Positions 1 through 12,760 of a DNA stretch of 64,000 nucleotides are shown piece after piece. Source of the DNA: Rhynchobatus australiae. Its lineage: Eukaryota. Numbering within the stretch: the first letter of the stretch is position 1; every line of letters begins with the position of its first letter. Both the position numbers and the translations under genes were made by a program. The stretch is from NCBI GenBank assembly GCA_034780895.1, contig JAUZTB010000107.1:63378413-63442412 (forward strand), in the 5' to 3' direction. Under the pieces are notes generated by a model. It saw only the letters and a list, made by a program, of their open reading frames with translations, did not search any database and was not told the origin of the DNA.

Positions 1-3000
1 TGGTTAAGGCGTCTTGGGTGTAAGACCTTTATATGGCAACAAGTGAACCACAGTATCTACCACAAGAAGGTAATACTTAGTGACATGTGCTCATCCTCAA
101 CTGAAGCATCTATTTTCCCAGCTTTTCAACTTCCTCCCCCATTTCACCAGAAAGCATTCACTTCACATTCTGGTTTGATCCCATGGGCATTACACAGGAT
201 TTGAAACCAGTTGATAGAACACAGACCATAGCTCAATTGCTGATCAAACTGCACATAGGTATCAAGGACAAATGGGAACACTTCAAGTGTTAAGTACTTC
301 AACTGGATGTCTGAAAGTAAACATCATAAAACAAACTGCAGAAAGAGAGTACGATGCCTGTTTCATGAGGTTCCTTTTATTAGGTTTTGTACTTTCATCT
401 TATTTAGCTTTGAAATACATGTAAGCTTGTTGCATTGTTAGCACCTTCAGATGCAATAATTATCATTCAATTGTCATTTATGATAATTGTTTTCATTTCA
501 CAGATACAACCATTCCATATAATTAGCTTTAGGTTTCAAATTCTGAAATACAATGTACCAAAAATTGCTCAAGTTTTAATATTTCCCATTTTTTGGTGGC
601 AATTTCACAGAGCTTTGTATCTTCAGAGGTCAGGCCACAGCAGAAAAGTTTTGAACTTTCTATTCTGCATTCTGTTCTATTTTTCTCTCCTGCAAAATAT
701 GACTGAAAGCATTTTGAGTTCAGATGTTGCTGAGGTCTTGACAATTTCATGTCCCACTGCATTCACAGGATAGCTGTTTCTTTCCACCTGTCATATGTAA
801 GTCCATTGGGTTTCAATTTGTCAGAGTTTAGGGGCTTTCTATGTTAGCGCACATCGTAACGCACCCTTGGTACAATGGCCAATTTTGACATGATTTATGT
901 GTCTCGTGTGAACAGAGATTTGCAGTTTTCAAGGTTCCTCAGAATTATTCTCTGATGATTGCTGTGGTGTGGGGGTTAAGGTAGTCCAAGTCAGCTGAGC
1001 TTCAGGAAGCAAAATTGCATTCTTAAGTCTTACAGTGAAGACATTTCAGGAAACTTTATATGAAAACACAATTGATGTAAATCTGAAGGAAGTTGATAAT
1101 TGTAGACTGATAACTTGGAGTTGTGTGAAATAATTGTTCCTTTACCCTCACACTCTATTTCTGTGTGCTGTTTGTCAATAAAATTCCCTCATGAATCATG
1201 AAAACTTTTGTTTGACTGCTTTAAAATTNNNNNNNNNNAGGACGTTGATTGGATATGTTTGAGAGACAGACAGAAGGTTGTCAGACATACTCAAAACTGC
1301 AGTGTATCACATAAATCAACGTTTGGGATTGCTTCAAAGTCTGGGCTCACTTAACCAGCCTGTAGCTCCACGTTTAATGCATCATTACAACACAAATCTG
1401 ATAAACACTATTGTGCTGTTATGTACATCATTTATCTGTAATCTTCCAATATTTCCACTTGAAGAGAACAAAAAACCTTTCAGCCATTTGAGCAGGAGAT
1501 GCTCTTAAGCTTCAAGCTTTCAGCTAATTGAGGACTGAGTGTTTGGTGTAATTGATGGTTCTAGTGTATTTCCATCAGAAAGGTTCTGGTAATAACTGAA
1601 CAAAACATTACCAGTATTGTATTAACTTCCAGTCCACTTATCCAGATTGATTTTCAGTCATTNNNNNNNNNNTATCCAGCCTTTCTGCCAATGATATCAG
1701 TGTTTCTTCACTATTTGTCCATTTTAAGATTATTTTCTTTTGAAACCCATGCCTGTTTAAATGCTGATCTCAAATAAAAATCTCTCCCTGGTTGAATTAT
1801 TGTCCAGCTCATTGACCATTTGTTGTGTAGCACACCTCAGACATTTCTGTTGGAAACATATTTTTCTTTCTGCTCTCTTTTTTCGAAGTAAATTACCAAA
1901 AAGTAGTTCAAGAATTTGGTAAGTCATTATTTCTGTCATTGTACTAAGGTAGTGGCATGAAAAACAGCACTCATTTGCAAACCAGGCATGTGTTTAAAAA
2001 GTCTGAATACACTGGTTTTAGCCAATATTAATCAAAATGCTTGTTTCAGCTTTGTGTTAAAATGAGGATGGGGGTCAATGCATTGAGGCAAATCAAGAAT
2101 CATATACCATGTCACTGAATTATGAGGAGTTCTAGTGGTCCTGACTATAACTGTAACATGTGCTGTATTACATAACCAAATACCCTTTGGAAGTCCCAGA
2201 TTCAGTCCCTGATCTTTTCTCAATTACCTGCGTCCTTTGTGGAGGTGGATAAATGTAGATGTTGGGCTGAAAAAGATATAGCTCTCCCCAGTCACTCCAA
2301 CACTTAGGAATGCTCACTCAACAATTGCCCCCCAACCAATAATGTTATTCAGTCATTTATTTGATTTACTATACACGGGAGCCTCTGTGTGTAATTCACT
2401 GCCACAATATTTACAACTGTGACNNNNNNNNNNNNNNNNNNNNNNNNNNNNNNNNNNNNNNNNNNNNNNNNNNNNNNNNNNNNNNNNNNNNNNNNNNNNN
2501 NNNNNNNNNNNNNNNNNNNNNNNNNNNNNNNNNNNNNNNNNNNNNNNNNNNNNNNNNNNNNNNNNNNNNNNNNNNNNNNNNNNNNNNNNNNNNNNNNNNN
2601 NNNNNNNNNNNNNNNNNNNNNNNNNNNNNNNNNNNNNNNNNNNNNNNNNNNNNNNNNNNNNNNNNNNNNNNNNNNNNNNNNNNNNNNNNNNNNNNNNNNN
2701 NNNNNNNNNNNNNNNNNNNNNNNNNNNNNNNNNNNNNNNNNNNNNNNNNNNNNNNNNNNNNNNNNNNNNNNNNNNNNNNNNNNNNNNNNNNNNNNNNNNN
2801 NNNNNNNNNNNNNNNNNNNNNNNNNNNNNNNNNNNNNNNNNNNNNNNNNNNNNNNNNNNNNNNNNNNNNNNNNNNNNNNNNNNNNNNNNNNNNNNNNNNN
2901 NNNNNNNNNNNNNNNNNNNNNNNNNNNNNNNNNNNNNNNNNNNNNNNNNNNNNNNNNNNNNNNNNNNNNNNNNNNNNNNNNNNNNNNNNNNNNNNNNNNN

Positions 3001-3199
3001 NNNNNNNNNNNNNNNNNNNNNNNNNNNGGATCATCTACTATGGACCCTTGAAAATGATCCTTCAGTGTGAACAAAAGCAATAATATCCCCAAAGTATGAA
3101 ATTATAACTTTATTTGCACTTTTATGTCTTGCCAATTCTGAGACCTTGAACTTCTTTCTTTTAACCAATAACAACAAAACAACTTCAAAGGCTTAGCTG

Positions 3200-3457
3200 C
3201 AAAGATCAGAATTTTGTCAGCAATAAAACTCAGTTGCAAAGGCTCATTACTCTGGAATTCCTTCCCTAAATCCCTTTGACTCTCTATCTCTGTCCTCTTT
3301 CAAATAATTCCTTAAAACCGATTAACCAAGCTTTATCTCATCTGCCCTATGTCCCCATATATAACGTCATCAAATTTTGTTTGAGTAGAGCTCCTATGAA
3401 GCACCTTAGCATGCTTAAACATTTTAAAGGTACATTATAAAGGCAAGTCGTTGTTCT
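3200..3457 (+). mobile_element. Old L2-type LINE 3' tail fragment
   Basis: ctctggaattccttccctaaatcc...tccttaaaacc...gtgaagcaccttag-like...ataaaggcaagtcgttgtt; typical chondrichthyan L2/Deu-SINE tail. Confidence 0.55.
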
Positions 3458-3639
3458 TGGAACAAAATTGGGAGAGACTAGGATAGTGGGGAGGGAGATT
3501 ACAAGACCTAACACTAAGCCATTATTAAAGCAGAGAATTTTCTTGATACAAGTAAAGGTGCTTTTTATGTTTGCTGTGCAGTGCACAATCGATGGTTTTG
3601 GTTGTGGAAAATTCATAGTACCTGAGGCTCCAGGCAGCC

Positions 3640-3960
3640 AATTCTCAATGAGATTTAATTATATTACCTTCACTAAGTCCTCCACTTTCAACATCCCTGG
3701 AGCCACCATTAGGTAATTGACGTAATTGCTGTGGCCACAAGAGCAGGTCAAAGGCTACAGACTCTACAATGAGTAATGCAACTCCTGACTCACCAAACAC
3801 TACTCACGATTTACAGAGCGCTTCAGGAACGTGATGGCACCTTCTTCCATTTGTTTCAGTAACACTAATGAAGCTTGACCTCATACAAAACAAAGCAGCC
3901 CGTGCGCCTTCACATTACACACATGCTCTCAGGCAGCCTGTCTGCACCTGTAAATCACGT
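3640..3960 (+). mobile_element. Ancient CR1-clade LINE RT fragment
   Basis: gtggccacaagagcaggtcaaaggct...ctcctgactcacc...gatttaca...caggaacgtgatgg resembles RAGQRL..LLT..L.TIYKAQVRSVM; also KLDLIQNKAAR in ORF 3868. Confidence 0.5.
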
Positions 3961-4054
3961 CATCTCAGTCCCCACGTTCAACTTTATCCTACAGGCAGCC
4001 AGCTCCTGGATACACTTTCTCCATACCCTAGCAGTATCTTGAGGTATCACTCCT

Positions 4055-4090
4055 GGCCTTGGCCTTGGCCTTGACCTTGACCTTGACCTT
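4055..4090. repeat. Hexamer microsatellite (GGCCTT)3 then (GACCTT)3
   Basis: ggccttggccttggccttgaccttgaccttgacctt read directly. Confidence 0.9.
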
Positions 4091-5322
4091 GTCTGTGGAT
4101 AAGAAACTATAATCTTCTTCTGGCTCCTCAGAATATATGCCAACTAAGGCTAGCAATATTTCAGCAGTGTTGACTGAACTGGAATATCTTGATATCAAAT
4201 TAAGAGCACAAATTTACCTCCACCACATTAAACTGTGAAGACAAATTATTGATCAGGTTGCCAGTGAATGTTTTCCAGAGCTGTTCATCTTATCCCATAG
4301 GCCCCTTACAACTCTCATAAAAACCTCAAGATGGTAAAGACTCCTGCCTGAATTTTGCTCAAGTACATCAAAACAGAGATGTCTCAACTGACTTCAGAGT
4401 AACTTTGATGTGTAAAATCAGTGATAGATATTGCATTTAAAATCTTTAAGAGAAACTAAAATGAGGAGACTAAATGGTATATTTCTTGGAAATACATTTG
4501 ACTGACAATGATACTAAGTATTCAAATAGATATCGCTTGTGAACCGAACCTGTACCTGCTGAAGGGCAATAGGTTTCAATAGAACAACTTGGCCATGTTA
4601 GCATAATCATGACCATTATGTCCCCATCGAAGAGCACAGGCAGGCAAGGATCCTCTCCTCTATCTTGTTGCATTATGGAATCCTTACAATCTGCTTAGAA
4701 AGTGAGCAGGGGACATCCTGAATCCTGCTTACACACTGGGAAGTACTCTGATATTTCCCTCAATTCACATCTTGGAAATAGACTGCACCGTAGCGACATC
4801 AGATCTGCACAACCAAGTGAATGGTCAGTATGTGAATTTCAAGCTGGTAAGAGCCTTGTTTATTAATTTAACTCAGCAATGTTTCAATATTAACACAGGG
4901 CAGTCTGTTTATGACAAATCGTATCATGGTGGCCTTCCAGTCAATGGACAGGATTGTGTGCTTTGACTCAACTCACATCATTGCATTGTAAGTTCTAGAA
5001 AGGCTATTTTGGGAAGAAAGTATCCCTTTGAAATAGTGAGGAAACTAACTTCAGCTTTTTTTTTGCTCTGGAAGCTAANNNNNNNNCTTACTGAATGTGA
5101 GCTATCCATCTCTCAGTTGAATAAATATGAAACTTGATTTTTAGACTTCCAGTTGTATCCCTTTTTTGAAAATTAAGTAAGTCAACACTAAACACACCCT
5201 AAGATTCAGAAACACTATCTCAACAGTTCAGCAATGATATATGGAGTCTTCAATTAACCCTATGATTACTGCAAATGGGACACATTAGCATATAAATGAG
5301 GATTTGATGAGGAATTGATTAA

Positions 5323-5411
5323 GGGGTGGCGGTGGTGGTGTGGGTGTGGGTGTGGGTGTGGGTGTGGGTGAGGATGGAGAGAGAGAAGGAGGGAGGGAGA
5401 GAGGGAGAGAG
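5323..5411. repeat. (TGTGGG)n repeat followed by GA-rich tract; G-quadruplex-prone
   Basis: gtgtgggtgtgggtgtgggtgtgggtgtgggtg then gagagagaaggagggagggagagagggagaga. Confidence 0.85.
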
Positions 5412-5983
5412 CTCTTTTCACTTCAGTTTTTGCAACCCTGGTTTTAGGAAGTAGCTGAAGAATTGCTGTTCTTAACTGTTTATTCAGGTGAAAGTTTAAT
5501 ATGTTTAGTCTGCTGTTGTTGACTGGTATTACAGTAGACATGGCCTGGCTGTTTTTGAAAACTGTTAAACCTTCCTTCTGCTTCTGAAATACATGGCTGC
5601 AACAGGTATGTGATTAATTGCCTACCTTTCACCAAATTACTTTCATTAATCATTCACGAGTTGTAATTTTTTAAGGCTTTATAATGTATCCTTTCAACAC
5701 GTAATTGGATGGTACTGACTACATCAAATCAAAATGGGATTTTTGGATATATAAACCACTTGGATAAGCAAGTCAAATTCAGAGTCTGCCCAATCATGGG
5801 TACTGAGCCAAATATGTCTTAAGTGTTGTCAGAAGGCTGGTTTGGCAACATCTGACTGTGTGTCAAGTGAGGCATTGGCTGAAATTTCAGTAGCAGAGGG
5901 GACTGAAATATCATTTCAATGCTATTTGTAAGTGGAGGTGCCTAACTGTAACAAATAAGTGACAAATCGCTTGAAAACAAGGG

Positions 5984-6390
5984 AAAGCTTGCAATTTACA
6001 TGGTGCTTTTTTTTGTAAGGGCAGGGCATCTCAAAGAGCTCTGTAGCCAATTCGATAATTCTAAAGTGTTGTCACTACTACAATTGCCCTTTCAGTTGTA
6101 GGGTAGGAGATGTGGCAGGTAATCTGCAGACTGCGAGGTCACACGATCTTCAGCAAGCAATCCTTTCAGTTGTGCTTGCTGAAGATTGACCAGGTCACTG
6201 AGGGAAAACTTGCCTGCATTTTGAAATAGTTTTATGTTACCCTTGGAGAGTAAGTGTTGCCCTGGTTTAATGTCTTATCCAAAATAAAGCACCTCCAATC
6301 TCTCTTGGCAAATGTACTGATGAATCTGATTTCTGAAGAAATCTGTGCTTCCAAACTTCTGATCAGAAGTGCTACCAAATTGAGTCTGGC
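5984..6390 (-). mobile_element. Deu-domain (SacSINE1/AmnSINE-like) SINE
   Basis: aaagcttgcaatttacatggtgc...aagtgttgtcact...gtaggagatgtggcaggtaatctgc is the reverse complement of the Deu core plus L2 tail; similar copies at about 20.7k, 40.7k and 63.3k. Confidence 0.55.
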
Positions 6391-8013
6391 CAGTAGAGGA
6401 GGGGTGAAAAATGATATTTCATTCAGTATACTACATCCAAAGGTCTACATATGATATAATTCCTCCTGAATCCAATCTTGCCCTTCAAAGATAAGATTTC
6501 ATGAAGATCATTTCTAATTTTAAAGGGAGCTATATTTCTGAGAAGTGCTTGGCGTACTTTTTTCCCTATTTTGAGTTTAAGCCAACTATTGCACAAAGTA
6601 AATATATTTGAAATTTGGACGTTCAGCCCTTTGAACCTGATACAACATTCAATTAACTGATTTTTTTGGATGAAGTGAGGATAAAGTTTATTTCTCATCC
6701 ATAACTAGTCCTAAGAAAGTGTTGGAGGACATCTGGAACTGCTGTTGTCCTTCTGGTGGAAGTCTTCCCACAAAGTTGTTTGCTAGGGATTTCCAGGATG
6801 GTAATGAAGCAAGGGGAAATATACTTCCATATCAGAATTGTCCGTGGCTTGAAGTGGAACCTCGTCCTTCTTGGTATTAGAAGTCATGGTAATGGAAGGT
6901 GATGTCATGACTGATCTACACCCTTGTGTTTTAAAACAACATCCTGACAAGAGTTTGAAATTTGCCTTTTTTTGATATATGTCCTTGACTTGCTTTTTAT
7001 GGCTAACACTGAGATATTGCTCCAGATTTATCTTTCCTGTGCAACATTTTGTATCTTGAACATTTTGGTATGTTCTCTTTGCAGTTGCATCATTATTCGT
7101 ATCTCTTTCCAGTAAATCAATCCTCAATACAACAGGGCGAGGATTGCAGGCATCCTTTTATAATGTTAGAGATTATGGTATCATTATAGCAAATACATTT
7201 CCACTTCACTGACAAAGTTAAGTGCTTTTGTCTACATATTCAAAGCGGCAGGTTGGATTTGTGAAGTCTTCAGGGTGAAATGGACTTGTGAAGTGAGGCA
7301 AAGAGAGATGAGTAATTCTCCCAGATGAAAATTGTTTTGAAAGTATGGTTTCTGCCTTAACACCCAGGACTGTGTGTACACATGCTTTTGCCACATCATA
7401 ACATCATCGTCAAGTGTTGCCCTCTGCATTTAATCTATTTAATCACCTTGTGCTTAAACTACTTTAATTCCTGCTTGACTCTGGCATTGATGATCAAGTT
7501 TTGAATCGGAGACATTTGCAATGAGCAATGTGTTGTTGGCTGGTTAAGAATGGACAGGGGAATAAAACAAATCAAAGTTAGACTGGCTAAAGGAAAAGCC
7601 ATCAAGGCTTTCACTGAATTATGAGAGATGTCAGAAATAACAAATGTCCAGTAAGAACTGAATTCTAACCTGCCTAAAAATGAGCAGATCCAACTCGAGT
7701 TCCATGTATACAAAAATAAAGGTTACATAGTTTTCTTCTGTACTCCAAATTTACTGTAACTAATATATGAGCCTTCCCTTGCCATCTTACTTTTTCAATC
7801 TATCCTATTCCTTCACCTCATACCCAGCTTCCCTTGAATGCATTGATGCTATTCTCCTCAACCACTTCATATAGTAGCAAACTCCAAATTCACATTCATT
7901 CTGCAGTAAAGAGATTTCCCTGGAATTCCTAAATTTATTATCAGCAACTTCATATACTGATTGGCCCAGCTTTTAGACTCGCACCACAAGTAAATACATA
8001 TTTCTACTGTACT

Positions 8014-9105
8014 AATTGGAATTGGTGTATTATTGTCACTTGTACCGAGGTACAGTGAAAAACTTGGCTTGCATACTGTTCATTTGAAGCTGGGAACATA
8101 CTGTTCGCTCCCATATCCATGCATGTCAATTGGTAAATTGGTCTATTATTGTCAGATCTACTGAGGTACAGTGAGTAACTTGTCTTGCATACCATTCACA
8201 AAGATCAATTCATTACAACAGTGCATTGAGGTAGTGCAAGGTAAAACAATACAGAATGCAGAGTAAAGAGTCACAATTACAGAGAAAGTGCAGTGCAGGT
8301 AGACAATAAGGTGCAAGGCCATAATGAGGTAGATTGTGAGGTCAAGAGTCCNNNNNNNNNNNNNNNNNNNNNNNNNNNNNNNNNNNNNNNNNNNNNNNNN
8401 NNNNNNNNNNNNNNNNNNNNNNNNNNNNNNNNNNNNNNNNNNNNNNNNNNNCATTGAGGGAAAGGTTGTTATCATGACACCATGCCACGAGGGTCTCTAT
8501 CTCCTTCCTGTATTCCAACTCATCGTTATTTGAGATATGGCCCACTACAGTGGTATCATCTGCAAACTTGCAGATGGAGTTGGAGCAGAGTCTGGCCACA
8601 CAGTCGTGTAAGTATAGAGACTAGAGTAGAGGGCTGAGGACACAGCCTTGTGGGGCTCCACTGTGAGAATAATTGTGGTGGAGATGTTGCTGCCTATCCT
8701 TATTGATTGTGGTCTGTTGGTCAGGAAGTCAAGGATCCACTTGCAGAGGGATGTGTTGAGTTCCAGGTCTAGGAGTTTGGAGATGAATTTGCTTAGAATT
8801 ATGGTACTGAAGGTGGAAGTGTAGTCAATAAATAATTGTCTAACGTAGGTGTCTTTACTGTTCAGATGCTCCAGAGATGAATGTCGTGCCAGGAACATGG
8901 CTTCTGCTGTAGACCTGTTTCTGTGGTAGGCAATTGGAGTGGGTCGAGGTTGTCTGGGACTTAATGCGTGTCATGACCAGTCGCTCAAAACATTTCGTGA
9001 TGAGGGAGGTCAGAGCCACTGGGTGGAGTCATCAAAGCACGTTATCTTGTTTTTCTTCGGTACCGGGATGATAGTCGTCTTCTTGAAGCAGGGGGAACCT
9101 CAGAT
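8014..9105 (-). mobile_element. Rex1/Babar non-LTR retrotransposon, 3' part with RT fragments; extra tail copy at 8014-8085
   Basis: ORFs LEHLNSKDTYVRQLFIDYTSTFSTII...LCKWILDFLTNRPQSIRIG and KFADDTTVVGHISNNDELEYRKEIETLVAWCHDNNLSLN; 3' tail aattggt..attattgtca...gaggtacagtga. Confidence 0.9.
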
Positions 9106-9124
9106 TGAGCTGTGTTCATATTGT

Positions 9125-9290
9125 GATCCTGGCAAGAATCATGTGATGTGGAGGAGTTGATAGGAATGTAGGGAGAATAAAATGGGTTCGGGCAGGATTC
9201 GTGTAAAAATGGGTACTTGATAGTCAGCATGGACTTGGTCGACCAAAGAACCTTTTTTCTGTGCTGTACCTCTCTATGACTCTGATTCTA
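9125..9290 (+). mobile_element. HE1/HER1-type SINE/LINE 3' tail
   Basis: gtcagcatggacttggtcgaccaaagaacc..tttctgtgctgtacctctctatgactct. Confidence 0.7.
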
Positions 9291-9299
9291 TTTATGAAA

Positions 9300-12200
9300 T
9301 GGATATATTCTTTAATTGAAAAATGCCCTGGTGATTGAAGGAGAGCTAAATATTGTGGGACACCAAAACAATGCAATAAATGAGAGCAAATAAAGGAATC
9401 CTCCTGAGGGATTTTCAGCCAGAGATAAACTGTGCACGAAGAAATCATCTCAGATCACACAAGGTGAAAGATGCCTTGCTTTTGAAAATAATGTGAAGCA
9501 TCTGGACAATTGCTTTGATCCAAAACCATTAGAAATAGCATAAAGCTACAAATTTGGGATAAGAAGTCAAAAGCAGAGGGGGACTATTCATGGGTACATT
9601 GTTCTATCGAAGAAATTAGCCTTTAATTTTGGCATCTTTTTGGATCACTCTTTTATTGTGATAGGTTTGTGTGCAGACTGGTCGATGAACAACTTGAAGC
9701 AAAACCAAAATCTTTGACCTGCATGTAAACAATTGAATTGGCATCCACAAAATGCTGCAAAATTTTATCCACCACAAGCACTTAGTGAAGCTGTCATCCA
9801 CAGTCAGAGCCGTGGCAAAGTCCGAGTTCACAACATCAATTTGGAAGTATTAAGATGAGAACATTTCAATCAGTTGCCATTCATTCTCAGTTTTGTCACT
9901 TTAGTTCAGGCTTGTGTTTCCATNNNNNNNNNNNNNNNNNNNNNNNNNNNNNNNNNNNNNNNNNNNNNNNNNNNNNNNNNNNNNNNNNNNNNNNNNNNNN
10001 NNNNNNNNNNNNNNNNNNNNNNNTCTCAGTTTTGTCACTTTAGTTCAGGCTTGTGTTTCCATTACCAAAGGAAGGTCACATTTTGACAGCCTGCAAATCT
10101 AGGGTGAGGAGAAGCAATGAAAGCAATTTCAGTCATCATTTGGAGAAGGATTTCATAGTTTAAAAGTTTAATTTGGGCAACAAGGAACTTGTATTGTGCA
10201 GTTTTGTAATGGCAGGGAATAGACTTTGAAGAAGGTGTTGATTAACAACCAGAGCATTGACATACAAATTGATGCTGCCACAGACAATTCAATAACAGGT
10301 CAAGATATATATTCTCGCAAGTTCAATTGGATATTGTGGAAGAAAAACTGTTTCACTGAAAACCTGCTCTTGTGAGTTTTTACCACCATTAGGACAGATG
10401 AACTATGTATGACCTAACAGAAATTAAGTACAGCCACCCATCATTGCAGAAAACTACAAAAACAGGCCATCTTTAAGGATTGTCTGAGACAACTCGGGCT
10501 AGATGGAAAGAATGTTTTCAGTGTTGACACTGAAAAATTGTACCTCCAACATGTTGTAGAAAAGCTATGACAACACATTTCCAGGGGCATGATAAGGTTC
10601 AATGTGTATGTTTGCATCAAACCAGGTATGAAAGCTGGTCCTTTACAAGCCCAGTCCCATTTGCTCTAAAGGGTCAGGTTGAGAAGGATAAGCTGGNNNN
10701 NNNNNNNNNNNNNNNNNNNNNNNNNNNNNNNNNNNNNNNNNNNNNNNNNNNNNNNNNNNNNNNNNNNNNNNNNNNNNNNNNNNNNNNNNNNNNNNNGAAC
10801 AAAATGGACCAGGTTGAGTGAGCCGCAACAATAATGATAATGTTCAGGTCTGACAAAATGGTGAAGCTGCATGAAGAATGGAAAATCTCTAAGTCAAGCT
10901 GCAGGCAACAAAAAATATCTGTGCCCAGTTCACAAGACTTGATCAAAGGTGTTTACAAAACTAGGCCTCTGCTATCCTCATGCACAACTGAATGTCAGCA
11001 AAGATAGTCTGAAGTACCTGTTACCACGCTGTAAATAAAATTTAAATTTAAAAAAAAATTACCTGACTACCAACAAGCACAAAGAGCTGTATTTATACAC
11101 AAGGTAATGCAATGGGATCATGTCTTTGCCCAAGATGTTCTAGGCCACAGTTTTGCAGGAAGTGGATCATTCCTTGTGTAAACAAGGTGATACACTTGCC
11201 ATGAGCACAGAAGAAGAAACTTCTTGATCTTGGATCAAATGCTCAGGAAGTGAAGTTGGATTTAAACAAATGGGTATTTTTGCATGGGTGTATTTTGGTT
11301 TAAATGTTGTTGCCAATGACCTACAATCAATGAAGGAAAGATTTGAATCCATCACCAATACCTAAAAATGGAGCAGAGCTCGAAATGATAACACAGTGGT
11401 TGCACTTTCTTCCAGGGCTAGTGATGGGGATCAAAGCATTATCTCACTTGCTAGAAAGAGGATGTGAAATGCATATGAAGCAAAGATGAACAAGTGCACA
11501 GAATCAGTGCAAAAAAACAAGCTCAGCAAGTGAAGCTTTCCTTCATTATGAGACTATGTGAGTTGAGCTTGGCAAGTTATGCTGAGAGGTGTAGTAGTTG
11601 GCCAAATGATAGATGGGTAATAGAAATTCATCCCTTTCATTCATCACACTCTCACAAGGATCAAGTGTGATAATGCATGAATCGAAAGTGAAGCCCTTGG
11701 AATGGAATCTGAAGTTGAGTAATTCCATCATTTCTTTTACGACAGATCCTTTACCCTAGAAACCGACCAGTGATTATTAGGGTACCAAAACTTGATGGCA
11801 ACATCAAGGATGTGAGGACAGCCAACCCTTCTCTGGCAGTACAACTTTGCAATCGAGAACGGGAGTTCCAATATCACTGCAGATCCTCTATTGTGACATT
11901 GTATGCTGAAAACGAAAATGGAAGTTACACGATAACTGCAGAAAATGAGGACTTCTTAGTAAATGGGTCTCATCTGTGATTTAGATTCGGTATTGGAAAA
12001 GGGTTCAGGAACACATTGAAAGGCAGGACAGACATTGACCAGTGTGCAAAAGAGGAAATGGACCATTTTGGTCCTTCCACAATTGTCACATTGTGTTGTC
12101 ATTTGAGCAGTGATGCTTTATGTGTAGGTTCAGGGAGGTCCTGATACCACTGCATTAAGAGAAGATTTAGTTCCAATTTGTTGTGAATCTGTGAGAACAG

Positions 12201-12760
12201 TTGGTATGAAAACAATTGTCAAGGAGCTTTGAGAATGACCACTGCATTAAGAGAAGATTTAGCTCCAATTTGTAGTGAGTCTGTAAGAACAGTTGGTATG
12301 ATAACAATTGTCAAGGAGCTTTGAGTAAGTTTGCAGTGACTTTGAAACATTGGTTAGCAATTGCAGTATTTGCCCAAGTTTGTAAAAACAATCCTCAAGG
12401 TCCTTTGCAATCATGGTTATGGCCATTGAGACCTTTCCAAAGAGAATATGTGGGCACTTAAGAAAAAGGCAATTACAATTTCCTGGTACTGTTTGATTGA
12501 AGTGAAGCGCATGGATTCATAAATCATTACTAAACATACAATAGATTTCTGTGTGCATGTCACGGTTTACCTGTGGGGATTGTGTTCAATAATGGCTCTT
12601 GGGTTTCTCTATTCACAATCATGAAACAGAATGGTATCAAATACATTCTTCCTTAATCTGGCTTCAAAGTAGATGTGGAGAGCTCAGTTAGATTGATCAT
12701 GGAAACTCTCAAGAAGCAAGTGCAGCAGAGTTAGTCAGATGGTTTGCAGTAGGCAGATAA
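9300..12760 (+). mobile_element. Heavily decayed Ty3/Gypsy LTR retrotransposon, internal region (gag-pol)
   Basis: Zinc-knuckle remnant EGHILTACKS (~10070); RT start SPVPFALKGQVEK (~10650); KVFTKL (~10950); YLTTNKHKELYLYTR (~11060); integrase WLWPLRPFQR (~12415) and GLPVGIVFNNG...MKQNGIKY (~12565-12650). Order is gag, RT, IN. Confidence 0.8.
12146..12325. repeat. Tandem duplication, 92-bp period, inside the Gypsy fossil
   Basis: accactgcattaagagaagatttag...ggagctttgag starts at 12146 and 12238; about 5 substitutions between copies. Confidence 0.9.

Noticed and set aside
2349-3092. Long ORFs spanning N runs (also near 15.4k, 30.7k and 53.2k)
   Set aside because: Artefacts of assembly gaps translated as X.
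5266-5541. ORF with a poly-(His-Pro) tract
   Set aside because: Translation of the (TGTGGG)n microsatellite.
9884-10062. Identical ~40-bp direct repeats on both sides of a 100-N gap (also 28735/28874 and 48127/48245)
   Set aside because: Contig-end overlaps from scaffolding; not CRISPR-like and not real tandem repeats.
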